This document shows, in pieces, positions 38,568 through 48,417 of a DNA stretch of 62,044 nt; position 1 is the stretch's first letter; every line of letters starts with the position of its first letter. The position numbers and the translations under genes are program-made. This DNA comes from an uncultured Verrucomicrobiota bacterium. Its GTDB lineage: Bacteria; Verrucomicrobiota; Verrucomicrobiia; Limisphaerales; JAHDYP01. Under the pieces are notes generated by a model. It did not search any database. It saw only the letters and a program-made list of their open reading frames with translations, and was not told the origin of the DNA. The stretch spans positions 2,253 to 64,296 of the forward strand of contig CAYSPU010000001.1 in NCBI GenBank assembly GCA_964432995.1, given 5' to 3'.

Positions 38568-38681
38568 GCGCGGATGGTTCGAGATCGCGCCCGGTCGGTG
38601 AGGCTGCTGCCCGCCGGGACGGCGGGCGGTCCGGAGCGGCCAGACGGTGCTGGCCGCCCACCGTCAACCTGGGGATGCACC
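38568..38681. repeat. 114-nt interspersed repeat, inverted copy of 50427-50540
   Basis: My manual alignment of the reverse complement against 50427-50540 gives about 10 mismatches in 114 nt. Contains the internal hairpin CCCGCCG tccc CGGCGGG. Confidence 0.85.
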
Positions 38682-38759
38682 GAAGCCGCTCGCCCTCAGC
38701 AACCGCACGACAGCGGAACTCCTGGCACGATCAGGATTCCGGGGCCCCCGCGGTCGGCG

Positions 38760-41700
38760 CTACCACGGTCGCTTGAGCTGGAAGAATATCGGAGCGTCGG
38801 CCACGCGGTTTGTGACCACACAATCCTCGCCGAGATAACCCACGGCGTTGGTGGTGTTCGACCAGTCGATTGGCGGTTCGAGGGTGGGCGCGCTCTGCAG
38901 CACGAACCCGGGGGCCACCGCTGACCAGTAGATCCTCACCTCGTCGCCGTCGGCGGCCATCCGGAGAGACGGCACCGGGACAACGACCGCCGTGAAGGTC
39001 CGCTCGTCGCTGCCGCCCGGAGTGCCGTTGTCGGTCACGCGGACGGTGACGAGGTTGGTGCTGGGGATCTGCTCGGGCGCGGGCGACCAGGTGAGAGTCC
39101 CGAGGGCGGGGTCGATGGTGAATCCAGTCGGCGGGGCGACGAGGCTGAAGGTCAGGAGGTTGGCCGGCAGGTCGGGATCGGTGGCGACGTTGGTGACGGT
39201 CAGCCCTTCGCCTTCGAGGATAACCTGTTCCGGAAGAGGCTCGAGGGCGGGCGGAAGGTTGACCTCGCGCACAGCGACGGTGAACTCGCGGGTGTCGCTC
39301 AGCGTCGGGGAGCCGTTGTCGGTGCTGCGGACGCGGATGGTCACGTTGGTGGGTCCCTGGGCTTCGGTTGGGGTCCAGGTGACGACGCCGGAAGTGGGGT
39401 TGATCTGGGCGTTGGGTGGGGCGGAGACGAGGCTGAAGGTGAGGGTGTTGGTGGGCAGGTCGGTGTCCAGGACGGAGTTGGTGACCGAGAGGGTGGCGAG
39501 TTCATCGAGCGTCTGAGCGCCGGGAACGGTGAGTGAGGGCGGGCTGTTCACCTCCGACACGGTGATGGTCATCTGGTTCGTGATGCTCAGCAGTGGCTGG
39601 CCGTTGTCACTGACCTTCACGGTGAGGAGGTGCGCGCCTGGACCCTGGCTCTCGGTGGGCGTCCAGGAGACGATTCCGGAGTGGGGACCCACCGTGGCAC
39701 CGGCTGGTCCCGAGAGCAGGGAGAAGCTGAGCGTGTTCGTGGGGAAGTCGGGGTCCGTGGCTACGCTGGGAAGCTGGATTGAGGTCAGTTCGCTGTTTGT
39801 CAGAGCAGCCGGAGCGGTCCACATCGGCGAGCGGTTCACTTCGTTCACCGTGACGGTGAAGGACTGCGAGTTGCTCAGCGGCGGCGTCCCGTTGTCGGTG
39901 GCCTGGATGGTGACCGTGTTGGTGCCGGGGCCTTGGGCCTCGGTGGGGGTCCAACTGAGGAGTCCGGTCGCGGTGTCGATGTGAGCGCCGGACGGCGCTT
40001 GGGTCAGGGCGTACGTGACGGTTTGGTCGAGGTCGGGATGTTCGACGGTCGGCGCCACGTTCAGGGTTGTCTCTTCATCCAGAGTGTGGTCGTCGATGGC
40101 GGTCAAGACAGGTTGCGCATTCAGCACGGTCAGCGTGACCGCAGTTGCGCTGTAGAGGGTGTCGTTGGTTTGCCAGGCGGCGACCGTCGGGAGGTCGAAG
40201 CCGGTGAAGGCTCCGGCACGGTCCGGATAGGTCAAGACCGTGAAGGCATCACCGGCGCGCGGGCGGAAGGAGGTGCTGAGGGTGGCGGCGAGGGTGCCGG
40301 TCAAGGGGGCCGTTCCAGTGAACTGGACTCGGCCGAAGTCGGCAAGGCTGTTGAGGCCGAGGTTGAGCCGTCCACCGGTCTGGGTGTAGGGGCAGGCAAA
40401 GAGGATCAAGCCGGTCTGGACGTCGACAGCTCCTGTGTTCTCGAAGGGGATGGTGCTGACGGAGGTGACGCCGCTGCCACCGGTTTTGCGGAAGAGCCCG
40501 GCGTTATGAACAGCCCCGCCGACGCCGCTGTAGTCGTAGATCGCAGAGTCACTCAGATTCTCCCAGAGGCCGCCAGGGAGGTTGTTCAGCGTGCCACCAC
40601 TGATGGCGATCCGCCCGCTGTCGGACCAAATCACGTGTCCGATGTTGTCCAGTGTGCCGGCCAAACCTTTGTCGACGGTGCCGGTCAGGAGCAAAGTGCT
40701 ATTCGTGGAGACGGTCATGGTGGCGGCACCTCCGATCCACCCCATGGTCCAGGTGAGGGTGCCGTCGATCGTGTTCGTGCCCGTCACGACTGTGTTAGCT
40801 CCCCCGAGTTGGAGATTGTCGGTGTGGATCGCGCCGTCCAGGGTGACGACGCCTTCGGCGGCCAAGAGGTTGATCCCGGTTCCGGTGAAGGAACTGCCGT
40901 CGCGGAAGACGCTCCCGGCCGCGTAGAGAACGACGCCGGTCTGGACATTGAGCATGCCCGGGTTGTCCAGGGGCACGGCTAGGTAAGTTGTACCGGTACC
41001 GCTGGTTTTCGTGATGAGCCCGGCGTTGCGGTTGGTTGACAGCGCGCCGGACACCAGCAGCGCGGCGTCGGTCTGCAGCTCAAACACGCCTCCGGCCTGA
41101 TTGTCGATCACGCCGGCGTCTTGCCAGATCTGGCCTGTGCCCGACCAGAGGATGCGCCCCTGGTTGTGGATGACACCGGCCAGGCCTTTGTTGTCTGCCC
41201 CAGCAACGTTCAGGACACCGTTCGTGGCGAGGGTCAAGTCCGCGGCGCCACCGATCCATCCCATGGTCCAGGTCAAGACGCCATCGATGGTGCTGGTTCC
41301 CGCGATGACCGTGTTGCCCCCGGCGAGTTGGAGGTTGTCGGTGTGGATCGCGCCGTCCAGGGTGACGACGCCTTCGGCGGCCAGCACGTTGAGTCCCGCC
41401 CCAGTGAAAGAGCTGCCGTCATGGAAGACGCTCCCGGCTGCATAGAGGGCGGCGCCGGTTTGGACCTCGAGCGTTCCCAAGTTGTCGAGCGGCACGGCCA
41501 GGTAGATGGTACCGGTGCCGCTGGTTTTGGTGATGAGCCCGGCGTTGCGGTTGGTCGACAGCGCGCCGGACACCAGCAGCGCGGCGTCGGTCTGCAGCTC
41601 GAACACGCCTCCGGCCTGGTTGTCGATCACGCCGGCGTTCTGCCAGATCTGGCCTGTGCCCGACCAGATGAGCCGCCCCTGGTTGCGCAGCGTTCCGGCC

Positions 41701-43223
41701 AGGCCTTTGTTGTCCACGCCGGCCACGCGCAAGACGCCGTTGGTGGCAACGGTCAAGTCCGCGGCGCCACCGATCCATCCCATGGTCCAGGTCAAGACGC
41801 CATCGATGGTGGAGACGCCTGTGATGACCGTGTTGCCTCCCCCGAGCTGGAGGTTGTCGGTGTGGATCGCGCCTTCGAGGGTGACGACGCCCTCGGCCGC
41901 CAAGAGGTTGAGTCCCGCGCCGGTGAAGGAGCTGCCGTCACGGAAGGCACTACCCGCCGCGTAGAGGATGGCGCCGGTTTGGACGTCGAGCGTGCCCGAG
42001 TTGTCGAGGGGGACAGCCAGAGTGGTGAGACCAGCACCGGCGGTCTTGCGGAGGAGACCGGCGTTGCGGTTGGTCGACAACGCGCCGTTGACCAGCATGG
42101 CGGCGTCCGTCTGCACTTCAAACACACCTCCGGCCTGGTTGTCGATCACGCCGGCGTCTTGCCAGATCTGGCCCGAGCCCGACCAGATGAGACGCCCCTG
42201 GTTGCGCAGCGCTCCGGCCACGCCTTTGTTGTCCCCGCCAGCCACGCTCAGCACACCGTTGGTGGCGACGGTCACGTCCGCCGCACCACCGATCCATCCC
42301 CTGGTCCAGGTGAGGGTGCCGTCGATGGTGTTCGTCCCCGCCACGAATGTGTTGCCTCCCCCCAGCTCGAGATTGTCCGTGTGAATCGCGCCCTCGAGGG
42401 TTACCGGCCCAGCGGCGGCTAACAGGTTGAGCCCCGCGCCAGTGAAAGAGCTGCCGTCACGGAAGACGCTCCCGGCCGCGTAGAGGATGGCACCGGTCTG
42501 GACCTCGAGCGTGCCTGAGCTGTCGAGGGGCACGCCCAGAGCGGTGGCGCCAGCTCCGGCGGTCTTGCGGATGAGGCCAGCGTTCACGATCTGAGGGCTG
42601 CCGCTGGCGAGCACGACAGTCTGATCGTTCTGGATCTCGATGGTGCCGGTGGGCAGGTTCTCGAAGCGGGCGTCTCCGGCGAGGAAGAGGTTGTTCGCGC
42701 CCGACCAAGTGACGCGGCCACTGTTTGCCAGCGAGCCAACGAGGTAGCGGTCGGCTGAACCGGTCAACTCGCACGCGCCCGAGGTGGCGACGGTGATCGT
42801 GCCATAGGCAGCGCCCCCGCTGCAGCGGAGCAATCCATTCACGGTGAGGGTGCCTGCGGCGTCCAGCGTGCCGCCACTCATCGCCAGCACGCCTCCGGTT
42901 TGGACGGTGCTGGCGGTGGTGAGGGTGAGCGTGGGTGCGAAGTTGACCAGTGTCTGTTCCCCGGTGGTTCCTCCCAGGGTGAGGCTGGCGATCGTGGCGT
43001 TGACGTCCAGGACGACGGTGTAAGTGCCGTCCATGGTGATGTGGACGTCGTCGGCTGCGGTGGGGACCGTGCCGCCACTCCAGTTGGTGGCGGTATTCCA
43101 ACTGCCGCCCCCCGGGTTGGTCCAGAAGACGGTTGCCGCGAAGGTTGGCGCGGCAAACGAGCAGCCGAATCCGGTCAGGAGCGCGAGGAGGTACTGCCGC
43201 AAGCCGAGGTGGGGAGTGCCCAT
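38760..43223 (-). CDS. giant secreted adhesin-like protein: beta-helical repeats, 4 x 173-aa tandem repeats, five Ig/cadherin-like domains and the shared C-terminal domain
   Basis: Signal peptide MGTPHLGLRQYLLALLTGFGCSFAAPTFA. Autotransporter-associated-beta-strand-like N-terminus (W.NP.GGSWNTATNWSGG). Repeats begin NAGL(I/L)(R/T)KT.G.G at aa 214, 387, 560 and 733. Five units of pattern D.D.P.NTL(T/S)FSL...P.GA.I....G...WTPTE.QGP......V...DNG.P.LS. Confidence 0.8.
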   Translation of the reverse strand: MGTPHLGLRQYLLALLTGFGCSFAAPTFAATVFWTNPGGGSWNTATNWSGGTVPTAADDVHITMDGTYTVVLDVNATIASLTLGGTTGEQTLVNFAPTLTLTTASTVQTGGVLAMSGGTLDAAGTLTVNGLLRCSGGAAYGTITVATSGACELTGSADRYLVGSLANSGRVTWSGANNLFLAGDARFENLPTGTIEIQNDQTVVLASGSPQIVNAGLIRKTAGAGATALGVPLDSSGTLEVQTGAILYAAGSVFRDGSSFTGAGLNLLAAAGPVTLEGAIHTDNLELGGGNTFVAGTNTIDGTLTWTRGWIGGAADVTVATNGVLSVAGGDNKGVAGALRNQGRLIWSGSGQIWQDAGVIDNQAGGVFEVQTDAAMLVNGALSTNRNAGLLRKTAGAGLTTLAVPLDNSGTLDVQTGAILYAAGSAFRDGSSFTGAGLNLLAAEGVVTLEGAIHTDNLQLGGGNTVITGVSTIDGVLTWTMGWIGGAADLTVATNGVLRVAGVDNKGLAGTLRNQGRLIWSGTGQIWQNAGVIDNQAGGVFELQTDAALLVSGALSTNRNAGLITKTSGTGTIYLAVPLDNLGTLEVQTGAALYAAGSVFHDGSSFTGAGLNVLAAEGVVTLDGAIHTDNLQLAGGNTVIAGTSTIDGVLTWTMGWIGGAADLTLATNGVLNVAGADNKGLAGVIHNQGRILWSGTGQIWQDAGVIDNQAGGVFELQTDAALLVSGALSTNRNAGLITKTSGTGTTYLAVPLDNPGMLNVQTGVVLYAAGSVFRDGSSFTGTGINLLAAEGVVTLDGAIHTDNLQLGGANTVVTGTNTIDGTLTWTMGWIGGAATMTVSTNSTLLLTGTVDKGLAGTLDNIGHVIWSDSGRIAISGGTLNNLPGGLWENLSDSAIYDYSGVGGAVHNAGLFRKTGGSGVTSVSTIPFENTGAVDVQTGLILFACPYTQTGGRLNLGLNSLADFGRVQFTGTAPLTGTLAATLSTSFRPRAGDAFTVLTYPDRAGAFTGFDLPTVAAWQTNDTLYSATAVTLTVLNAQPVLTAIDDHTLDEETTLNVAPTVEHPDLDQTVTYALTQAPSGAHIDTATGLLSWTPTEAQGPGTNTVTIQATDNGTPPLSNSQSFTVTVNEVNRSPMWTAPAALTNSELTSIQLPSVATDPDFPTNTLSFSLLSGPAGATVGPHSGIVSWTPTESQGPGAHLLTVKVSDNGQPLLSITNQMTITVSEVNSPPSLTVPGAQTLDELATLSVTNSVLDTDLPTNTLTFSLVSAPPNAQINPTSGVVTWTPTEAQGPTNVTIRVRSTDNGSPTLSDTREFTVAVREVNLPPALEPLPEQVILEGEGLTVTNVATDPDLPANLLTFSLVAPPTGFTIDPALGTLTWSPAPEQIPSTNLVTVRVTDNGTPGGSDERTFTAVVVPVPSLRMAADGDEVRIYWSAVAPGFVLQSAPTLEPPIDWSNTTNAVGYLGEDCVVTNRVADAPIFFQLKRPW
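40508..42584. repeat. intragenic tandem repeat, four copies of about 519 nt
   Basis: A 173-aa period is seen in the protein. Plus-strand shadow ORFs at 40582, 41101, about 41620 and about 42136 repeat the same peptide (SITPASCQIWPVPDQ...) at 519-nt spacing. Confidence 0.85.
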
Positions 43224-43359
43224 AGTCCGAGGTTCTGAGGTATACGTGCAGCCTACTCCTTCGGGTGCGGGGGTTAAAGGAGATTCTGGCCGACACGCCG
43301 AGCGTCGAGCGTTGCCCAGTTCGCACCGTGCGCGCTTCCGGCGGGCACCGTACGGGCTA

Positions 43360-46300
43360 TTATGGCCCCACCAGGCGGTAGAAGAGCGTTTGGTGTTGGC
43401 CGAAGTCCACGGCTTCGGTCAGGTCCAGGAGACCGAGTTCGTCGGCGTAGGCGTGACGCAGGAGTTGCCAGTGCTCGAGGTCCGTGGAGATTTCGAGGCG
43501 GTAGAGTTGGCCGGGTTCGCCCGTCAGGCGGAGTTGGAGGACACCGTCCGCGCGCAACTGCGCATTGGCTCTGGGCGCGACGTCTGGAGGGCGCAGCGCC
43601 GCCGGCAGCAGGGTAACCGCGGTTTCGGCCGGTGCGCTTTCGAGGGCGCCATCGCTGACGACCAACTGGAACGTCAGCGTGGCCGGGGCGCCGACCGGTC
43701 GGGCGAGGAAGCAGGGAGTAGGGCTCGCAGGATTGAGGAGTTGCACGACGGGACCGGTGGTTTGCTTCCAGGCGAACAGCAGCGACTGCCGGTCGCCATC
43801 GGTGGAGCCGGAGCCGTTGAGATAGACGTTGCGGGGTGCCCGCAGCCGGATGCGCTGGCTCTCGCCGGCGTGGGCGACTGGCGCCCGGTTGACCGGGCTG
43901 GGCGGATTGGTGCCGAAGTAGACGGGTGCCCAGGAAGCGGGGGAAGTGGAGGTTGCGGTGGGCGGCCATTCAGCAGAGTCGTGGACCAGCATGATGCGGG
44001 CGGCATGGTTCCAGCCGTTGAGGAGGCTTTGGGTGACACGGAACTCGGCGTTCCAGGTGTTGCTGCTCCGGTGGACGATCGCGCTGAAGCCGGCGCTGGG
44101 AGTCGTGGTCACCGCCATGCCGCTGAGGCCGGTGCCCACTTCCTGGGAGGGGATGCCGTCTTCGTCCACAAAGAACCCGCGGTCCTTGATGGAGGGCGTG
44201 CTGCTACCGTTGCCGTCCACTTCCACGCGGAGACCAACCTGGCGGCTGGCACGGACGCCTCCGTATTTCAGGTTGGAGAAGGAGACAAACAGGTTGCTGC
44301 CAGAGTGGAGCAGGCGAACCGGGATGGTGTCTTGGGCGGCCCAAACCACGCGGACGAGTGGTGCGTTGGTGTAACCGTTGTCGTTGCTGAGGCCGTCCAG
44401 GGTGGGGGCGGAGCCATCGGGGATGGTGATTGGCAGGATGTCGAACTGACGTGTGACACGGGCGGTCTGGCCGGCGGGGTCGGTCGCGTCGAGGGTGGCG
44501 GTGTAGGCACCTGGGGAGAGGGATTGCAGGGGCAGAGAGAGTGCTGCGACGAGGCCGGTTTGGGTCGAGGGCGACGGACCCGTCAGGGAGAGGGCGAGGG
44601 TATTGCTGGAGGTCCCCGTTTCGGGATCGAAGGCGTGGCCTCGCAAGACGCGCGTTTCGCCGAAGGGCAACCGCTGCCGTTCCTTGACCCCACTGAGTGT
44701 GGGACGGGGCGGCTGATTGGACATGGCGAACGGCTCGCTGGTGGCCACGGCGGTCTGCACTCCATCGGTGGCGATGATGCGCACCCGGGTCTCGGAGCTG
44801 CCTGGAAGACCGCGAGCGTCGATGGTGTCCTCGAGTCCGCGATAGTTCTTCCGGATGGTGAACCATCGAGAGCCAGCGCCGTATTGAACGAGGAAGCGCA
44901 GTGGATCGCCGTCCGGATCTTCCGCCTTCCACCGCACGTAGACGGACTGGGCTGCCTGGTCCACGTTCACGGTCGAGATGGTGAGGATGGGAGGGTGCGG
45001 GCTGACGAAGCGTTCGATCCAGACCTGGTTGTTCCGGAGGAGTTGGAGAGTCCGAACGTCCGGGGCGAGGTCGACCCATTGGGAAAAGGTGTCGAAGTGG
45101 AGCCGGCGCACTTCTTCGGAGTGGGCCTCGCTGACGGCGATGGGGATTTCGCTCAGGAGCGTGCCCCGGGCGTCGAGTTGTCGAAGAAGGGCGGCGGACG
45201 CGTCTTTGGCGAGGGAGGCGGCGAGTTCGCGTGCTTGGGCTAACCGGTCAGCGGGCAGCAGGTCTTCGGGGAGGGCGTAGAGAGGGCGGAAGAAGCCGGA
45301 CGGCTCGCTGCGTCCAAGTCGGCCCTGGAGGAGCAGCACGTTGCCGGTGCCGCCTCCAGGCTGGGGATCATCGCCGGAACCGGCTCCCACGGGCGCGCGT
45401 GCGGTGCGTTCGAGCAGCGCATTCCAGTAGACGTGCGAGGGCCAGAGGGAACTGGCGTAGGACATGATGTCGGCTGCGCTCTCCGGAGCAATGATCCCGG
45501 ACTCGAGGTAGTCCCAACCGACGTATGCATCGGGGCTGACGTCATCCGGAACGCCAAGAGAGCAGGTGTAGAGCACCAGGTCGAAGTTCTGTTGGTCGGC
45601 GGGGAAGTTGCCGCAGTTGACGTGTTGGCGTCCGTAGCCGTGGCCGAGTTCGTGGGCGAGGATGGCCCCGCCTCCGTGCGAGATGCTCTTGTAGCTGTCT
45701 GGATCCATGTGCACGATCGCCATGGCCTGGTTGCGGCGGGTGACACCGGCGAAGTTCGGTGTGCTTTCGTGGAGCATCCCCACGTAGTGCTGGTCGCCCC
45801 AATCGCCACAGGGGAACCACGAGAAGTCCTCGAGGTCATCCAGGGCGCGCGTCTGTTCCGCGTCGTCGGTGTCGGGATCCTCGCTGCCGATGGCGTACGG
45901 GTCTTCGGGATCGCCGAAGGGGGCGGGGAATTCGCTGATCATCCAGTCGGCAACGGGCATGAGGGACCGGGCGCGTTCGGCCAGGTCGGGGACGTCCTCG
46001 AAACCGCACGTGGGGCCGGGGGTGATGAGCGGGATGAAGGTGAGGCCGGGGCGGCCCTTGCCGATCACGGTGGCGGGGTTGCGCAGCCAGACGACATTAT
46101 TGGCGAGCGGCTCCACGCCGGTTTCAGCGACATCGAGGTCTTCGTTGACCACCATCTTTAGCTGCAGCCTTGCTGGCACCAGGGGATCGCCGTAGTCCAT
46201 CCATGTGTCCGGCAATTCGAACAGATAGGAGAAAGAGGTATTCAGGATGCGCCGTTGGGGCAACGACTTGAATGATTCCAGCGTCGGCCGGTTGACGGGT

Positions 46301-47667
46301 TCGATGGGGGAGCCGGGCAGAAGCTGGTCGTTGAGGTAGCCGTAGAGATGGGCGTCGGGTTGCCAGGACCCGCCGGCGGTGTTGGTGCGGACGTAGGCGT
46401 AGCCGCGCGCAAAGGTGGGGTGCCGGCTGACGAGGGGGACGGAGATGTCCAGGTTCTGGATCGCCTGGGTCACCTCGAGGCCGTCGGCCACGAAGTCGAG
46501 CTCCTGGGCTGGTGCATCGCGAGAGATCCTTCGGATCATGTTGCCGGCGACATAGTAGAGCCAGTCCTTGTCCAGGCGCAGGTTGCCGCCGCCTCCCGTG
46601 GTGACAATTTGCTCCCAACCGGTCGTGCTCCCCGGCGTGGTGTGGCGTTTGATGACCCGGTCCGTCTCGTCGCAGAACAACTCGCCGCAGCTCATGATCG
46701 CTTCGGCAAGGTAGAGGTAATGGGGATCGGACCCGATGGGGGTGACGAATTCGCTGGGGTCGACCGCCACGCTGAGGACCTGGTTGTTGCCGGACGCCGT
46801 ATAGATGGTGGTGGCATCCCCTGTGTAGGCGTTGATGCGGAGCAAGCCGCCGGCGGGGGTCTCGGGTTGCATGTCGCTCGCGGACTTGCCGATCGCCGCG
46901 TAGAGGTAGGTGGTCGTGCCTGTCAGGAGGCGTCGGCGATGGACGGCGAAGTCGGCGACACCGCCCGCCAGGTAGAGGGTGGCGGTGGGGGACGTCAGCA
47001 GGACCCGATACAACCGGCCGTCACTGAAGAGAACGGCCAGCGATTCCGCCGAGCCGGCGTCGGGGTCCGTGAGGATGAACCGCTGGAGTTTGCTCACGTC
47101 GTTGGTATTCGTGATGCGGACCAACTGGTCGGGGGCGCTGCTGCCATCGCTGGGCATGCGGTAGATGGTGGTGTAGCTGCTGCCACGGCGTGGCCAGTAG
47201 AGTTGGCTTTCAGCCAACTCCAGGACGGCGCAGGATTGGGCTGCGGGCAGGGTCGGGTTGAGGTTGGTGGTGACGAGCACCTGGCTGGGATCCCTCTCGA
47301 GCGCGTTGAGCGCCTTGCGGTGGAGTTGGAGACCGCTGAAGAAGTAGATGTAGGCCTCGTCCCGCACGACCCGGGTGTAGTCCCCCTCGAGCATGGCGCA
47401 GTCCCTTGCCAGGTTCACCGTGCCGCCTCCCAGCGTCGCCATCACACGCACTGTAGCTTCGTGGGGCATCTCGCCCGTGCAACGCCCGGGGGCGTCCCAC
47501 CAGATCAGGCCGTTCTCATAGAGGTCAAACGCGGTGATCCCCAGGGGATCGGCGACCACGAGTTCTGGGGTGGCCGCCTTGATCAGGGGGGCCACGGTTA
47601 GCGCGCCGGTGACGAGAAGCATGGGGAGGAGTGCTCTCGAGCGAGCACCCGGGTAACAGGGTACCAT
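43360..47667 (-). CDS. giant secreted protein with a metzincin-type zinc metalloprotease motif, Ig-like domains and the shared C-terminal domain
   Basis: Start trimmed to the ATG at 47667 (MVPCYPGARSRALLPMLLVTGALTVAPLIKA). HELGHGYGRQH (HEXXHXXGXXH) is encoded at 45622-45654, and a downstream ADIMSY is a possible Met-turn. Tail GQLYRLEISTDLEHWQLL...LFYRLVGP. Confidence 0.75.
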   Translation of the reverse strand: MVPCYPGARSRALLPMLLVTGALTVAPLIKAATPELVVADPLGITAFDLYENGLIWWDAPGRCTGEMPHEATVRVMATLGGGTVNLARDCAMLEGDYTRVVRDEAYIYFFSGLQLHRKALNALERDPSQVLVTTNLNPTLPAAQSCAVLELAESQLYWPRRGSSYTTIYRMPSDGSSAPDQLVRITNTNDVSKLQRFILTDPDAGSAESLAVLFSDGRLYRVLLTSPTATLYLAGGVADFAVHRRRLLTGTTTYLYAAIGKSASDMQPETPAGGLLRINAYTGDATTIYTASGNNQVLSVAVDPSEFVTPIGSDPHYLYLAEAIMSCGELFCDETDRVIKRHTTPGSTTGWEQIVTTGGGGNLRLDKDWLYYVAGNMIRRISRDAPAQELDFVADGLEVTQAIQNLDISVPLVSRHPTFARGYAYVRTNTAGGSWQPDAHLYGYLNDQLLPGSPIEPVNRPTLESFKSLPQRRILNTSFSYLFELPDTWMDYGDPLVPARLQLKMVVNEDLDVAETGVEPLANNVVWLRNPATVIGKGRPGLTFIPLITPGPTCGFEDVPDLAERARSLMPVADWMISEFPAPFGDPEDPYAIGSEDPDTDDAEQTRALDDLEDFSWFPCGDWGDQHYVGMLHESTPNFAGVTRRNQAMAIVHMDPDSYKSISHGGGAILAHELGHGYGRQHVNCGNFPADQQNFDLVLYTCSLGVPDDVSPDAYVGWDYLESGIIAPESAADIMSYASSLWPSHVYWNALLERTARAPVGAGSGDDPQPGGGTGNVLLLQGRLGRSEPSGFFRPLYALPEDLLPADRLAQARELAASLAKDASAALLRQLDARGTLLSEIPIAVSEAHSEEVRRLHFDTFSQWVDLAPDVRTLQLLRNNQVWIERFVSPHPPILTISTVNVDQAAQSVYVRWKAEDPDGDPLRFLVQYGAGSRWFTIRKNYRGLEDTIDARGLPGSSETRVRIIATDGVQTAVATSEPFAMSNQPPRPTLSGVKERQRLPFGETRVLRGHAFDPETGTSSNTLALSLTGPSPSTQTGLVAALSLPLQSLSPGAYTATLDATDPAGQTARVTRQFDILPITIPDGSAPTLDGLSNDNGYTNAPLVRVVWAAQDTIPVRLLHSGSNLFVSFSNLKYGGVRASRQVGLRVEVDGNGSSTPSIKDRGFFVDEDGIPSQEVGTGLSGMAVTTTPSAGFSAIVHRSSNTWNAEFRVTQSLLNGWNHAARIMLVHDSAEWPPTATSTSPASWAPVYFGTNPPSPVNRAPVAHAGESQRIRLRAPRNVYLNGSGSTDGDRQSLLFAWKQTTGPVVQLLNPASPTPCFLARPVGAPATLTFQLVVSDGALESAPAETAVTLLPAALRPPDVAPRANAQLRADGVLQLRLTGEPGQLYRLEISTDLEHWQLLRHAYADELGLLDLTEAVDFGQHQTLFYRLVGP

Positions 47668-47977
47668 TTGTCTTCCTTGGTGACAGCGCGGGCCATTCCG
47701 CGCGAACCGCCAGCGCCCATCGAGACCACTCGCGGGCGCGAGAACTCGCCTCCGCACACTACTGAGGAATTGTGCATGGAGCCGGGGGTGATCTTCTGGA
47801 GACGCAGTCTAATCCCCAACGTCCATGGGACTAAAGGAGAATGTGGTGACGGTGGGTGATCGATCGACCGCTCCGTTGAAGCACTGACCTCCGGACTTCG
47901 CAGCCTCCAGACTCCCGAGGCGTGTTGGACGCATGAATCCCCCCGCCCGTTCTGGGATGCCACTTCGCAGGAGAAAG

Positions 47978-48004
47978 GTGGGGCGACCGCTCCGAGGACG
48001 CCGC
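47978..48004. repeat. degenerate copy (24/27) of the GTAGGG 27-mer
   Basis: gtggggcgaccgctccgaggacgccgc versus gtagggcgacctctccgagggcgccgc. Confidence 0.55.
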
Positions 48005-48047
48005 GGGATGCTGTCGCCGCCTTCGTCGAAAGCCGGAAGTCCAGAGG

Positions 48048-48299
48048 CTACCGTTCCCCGGCTTTGCCGATGCTCCCGACGATGGTGGAGAGCTTGGAGG
48101 CGCCCGGTTGCCGGAGTGTCTGCAGTTGCGCTTCCGAATACCGGGTGAGAAGCCACTCATGAACCGGGATGCGGCCTTCCCAGCACTGGCAGATCAGTCG
48201 GCACGGGAGGTCGATGCTCTCCTCGGCGCAATAGGAGAGCGGCACCGAATGTCCGAGTCGGCGGCAGTGGATTTCCTGATGCCAGTCGGGCGGGGTCAT
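48048..48299 (-). CDS. small Cys-rich hypothetical protein (83 aa)
   Basis: This is the 3' part of track ORF 48048..48752, from the ATG at 48299: MTPPDWHQEIHCRRLGHSVPLSYCAEESIDLPCRLICQCWEGRIPVHEWLL... Strongly GC3-biased codons. Five Cys and several His in the first 40 aa. Lies 118 nt downstream of trpB2 on the same strand. Confidence 0.5.
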   Translation of the reverse strand: MTPPDWHQEIHCRRLGHSVPLSYCAEESIDLPCRLICQCWEGRIPVHEWLLTRYSEAQLQTLRQPGASKLSTIVGSIGKAGER

Positions 48300-48417
48300 G
48301 GCTGGACCTCCGCGCGGAGCGAGGGGCCCCGCGTCGCGACGCCGAGGCCCCTCTCCGGATTCCGATTCCGTTTCCGAGAAAGCGGACGGTTCCTCACCGG
48401 GCGCTGCTGTTGCCTGC

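Noticed and set aside
40508-42584. Possibility that the regularly spaced repeats (519-nt units here, the 8-nt units at 21929) represent a CRISPR array
   Set aside because: The 519-nt units are in-frame coding repeats with no unique spacers. The 8-nt units are contiguous with no spacers. There are no cas genes in the window.
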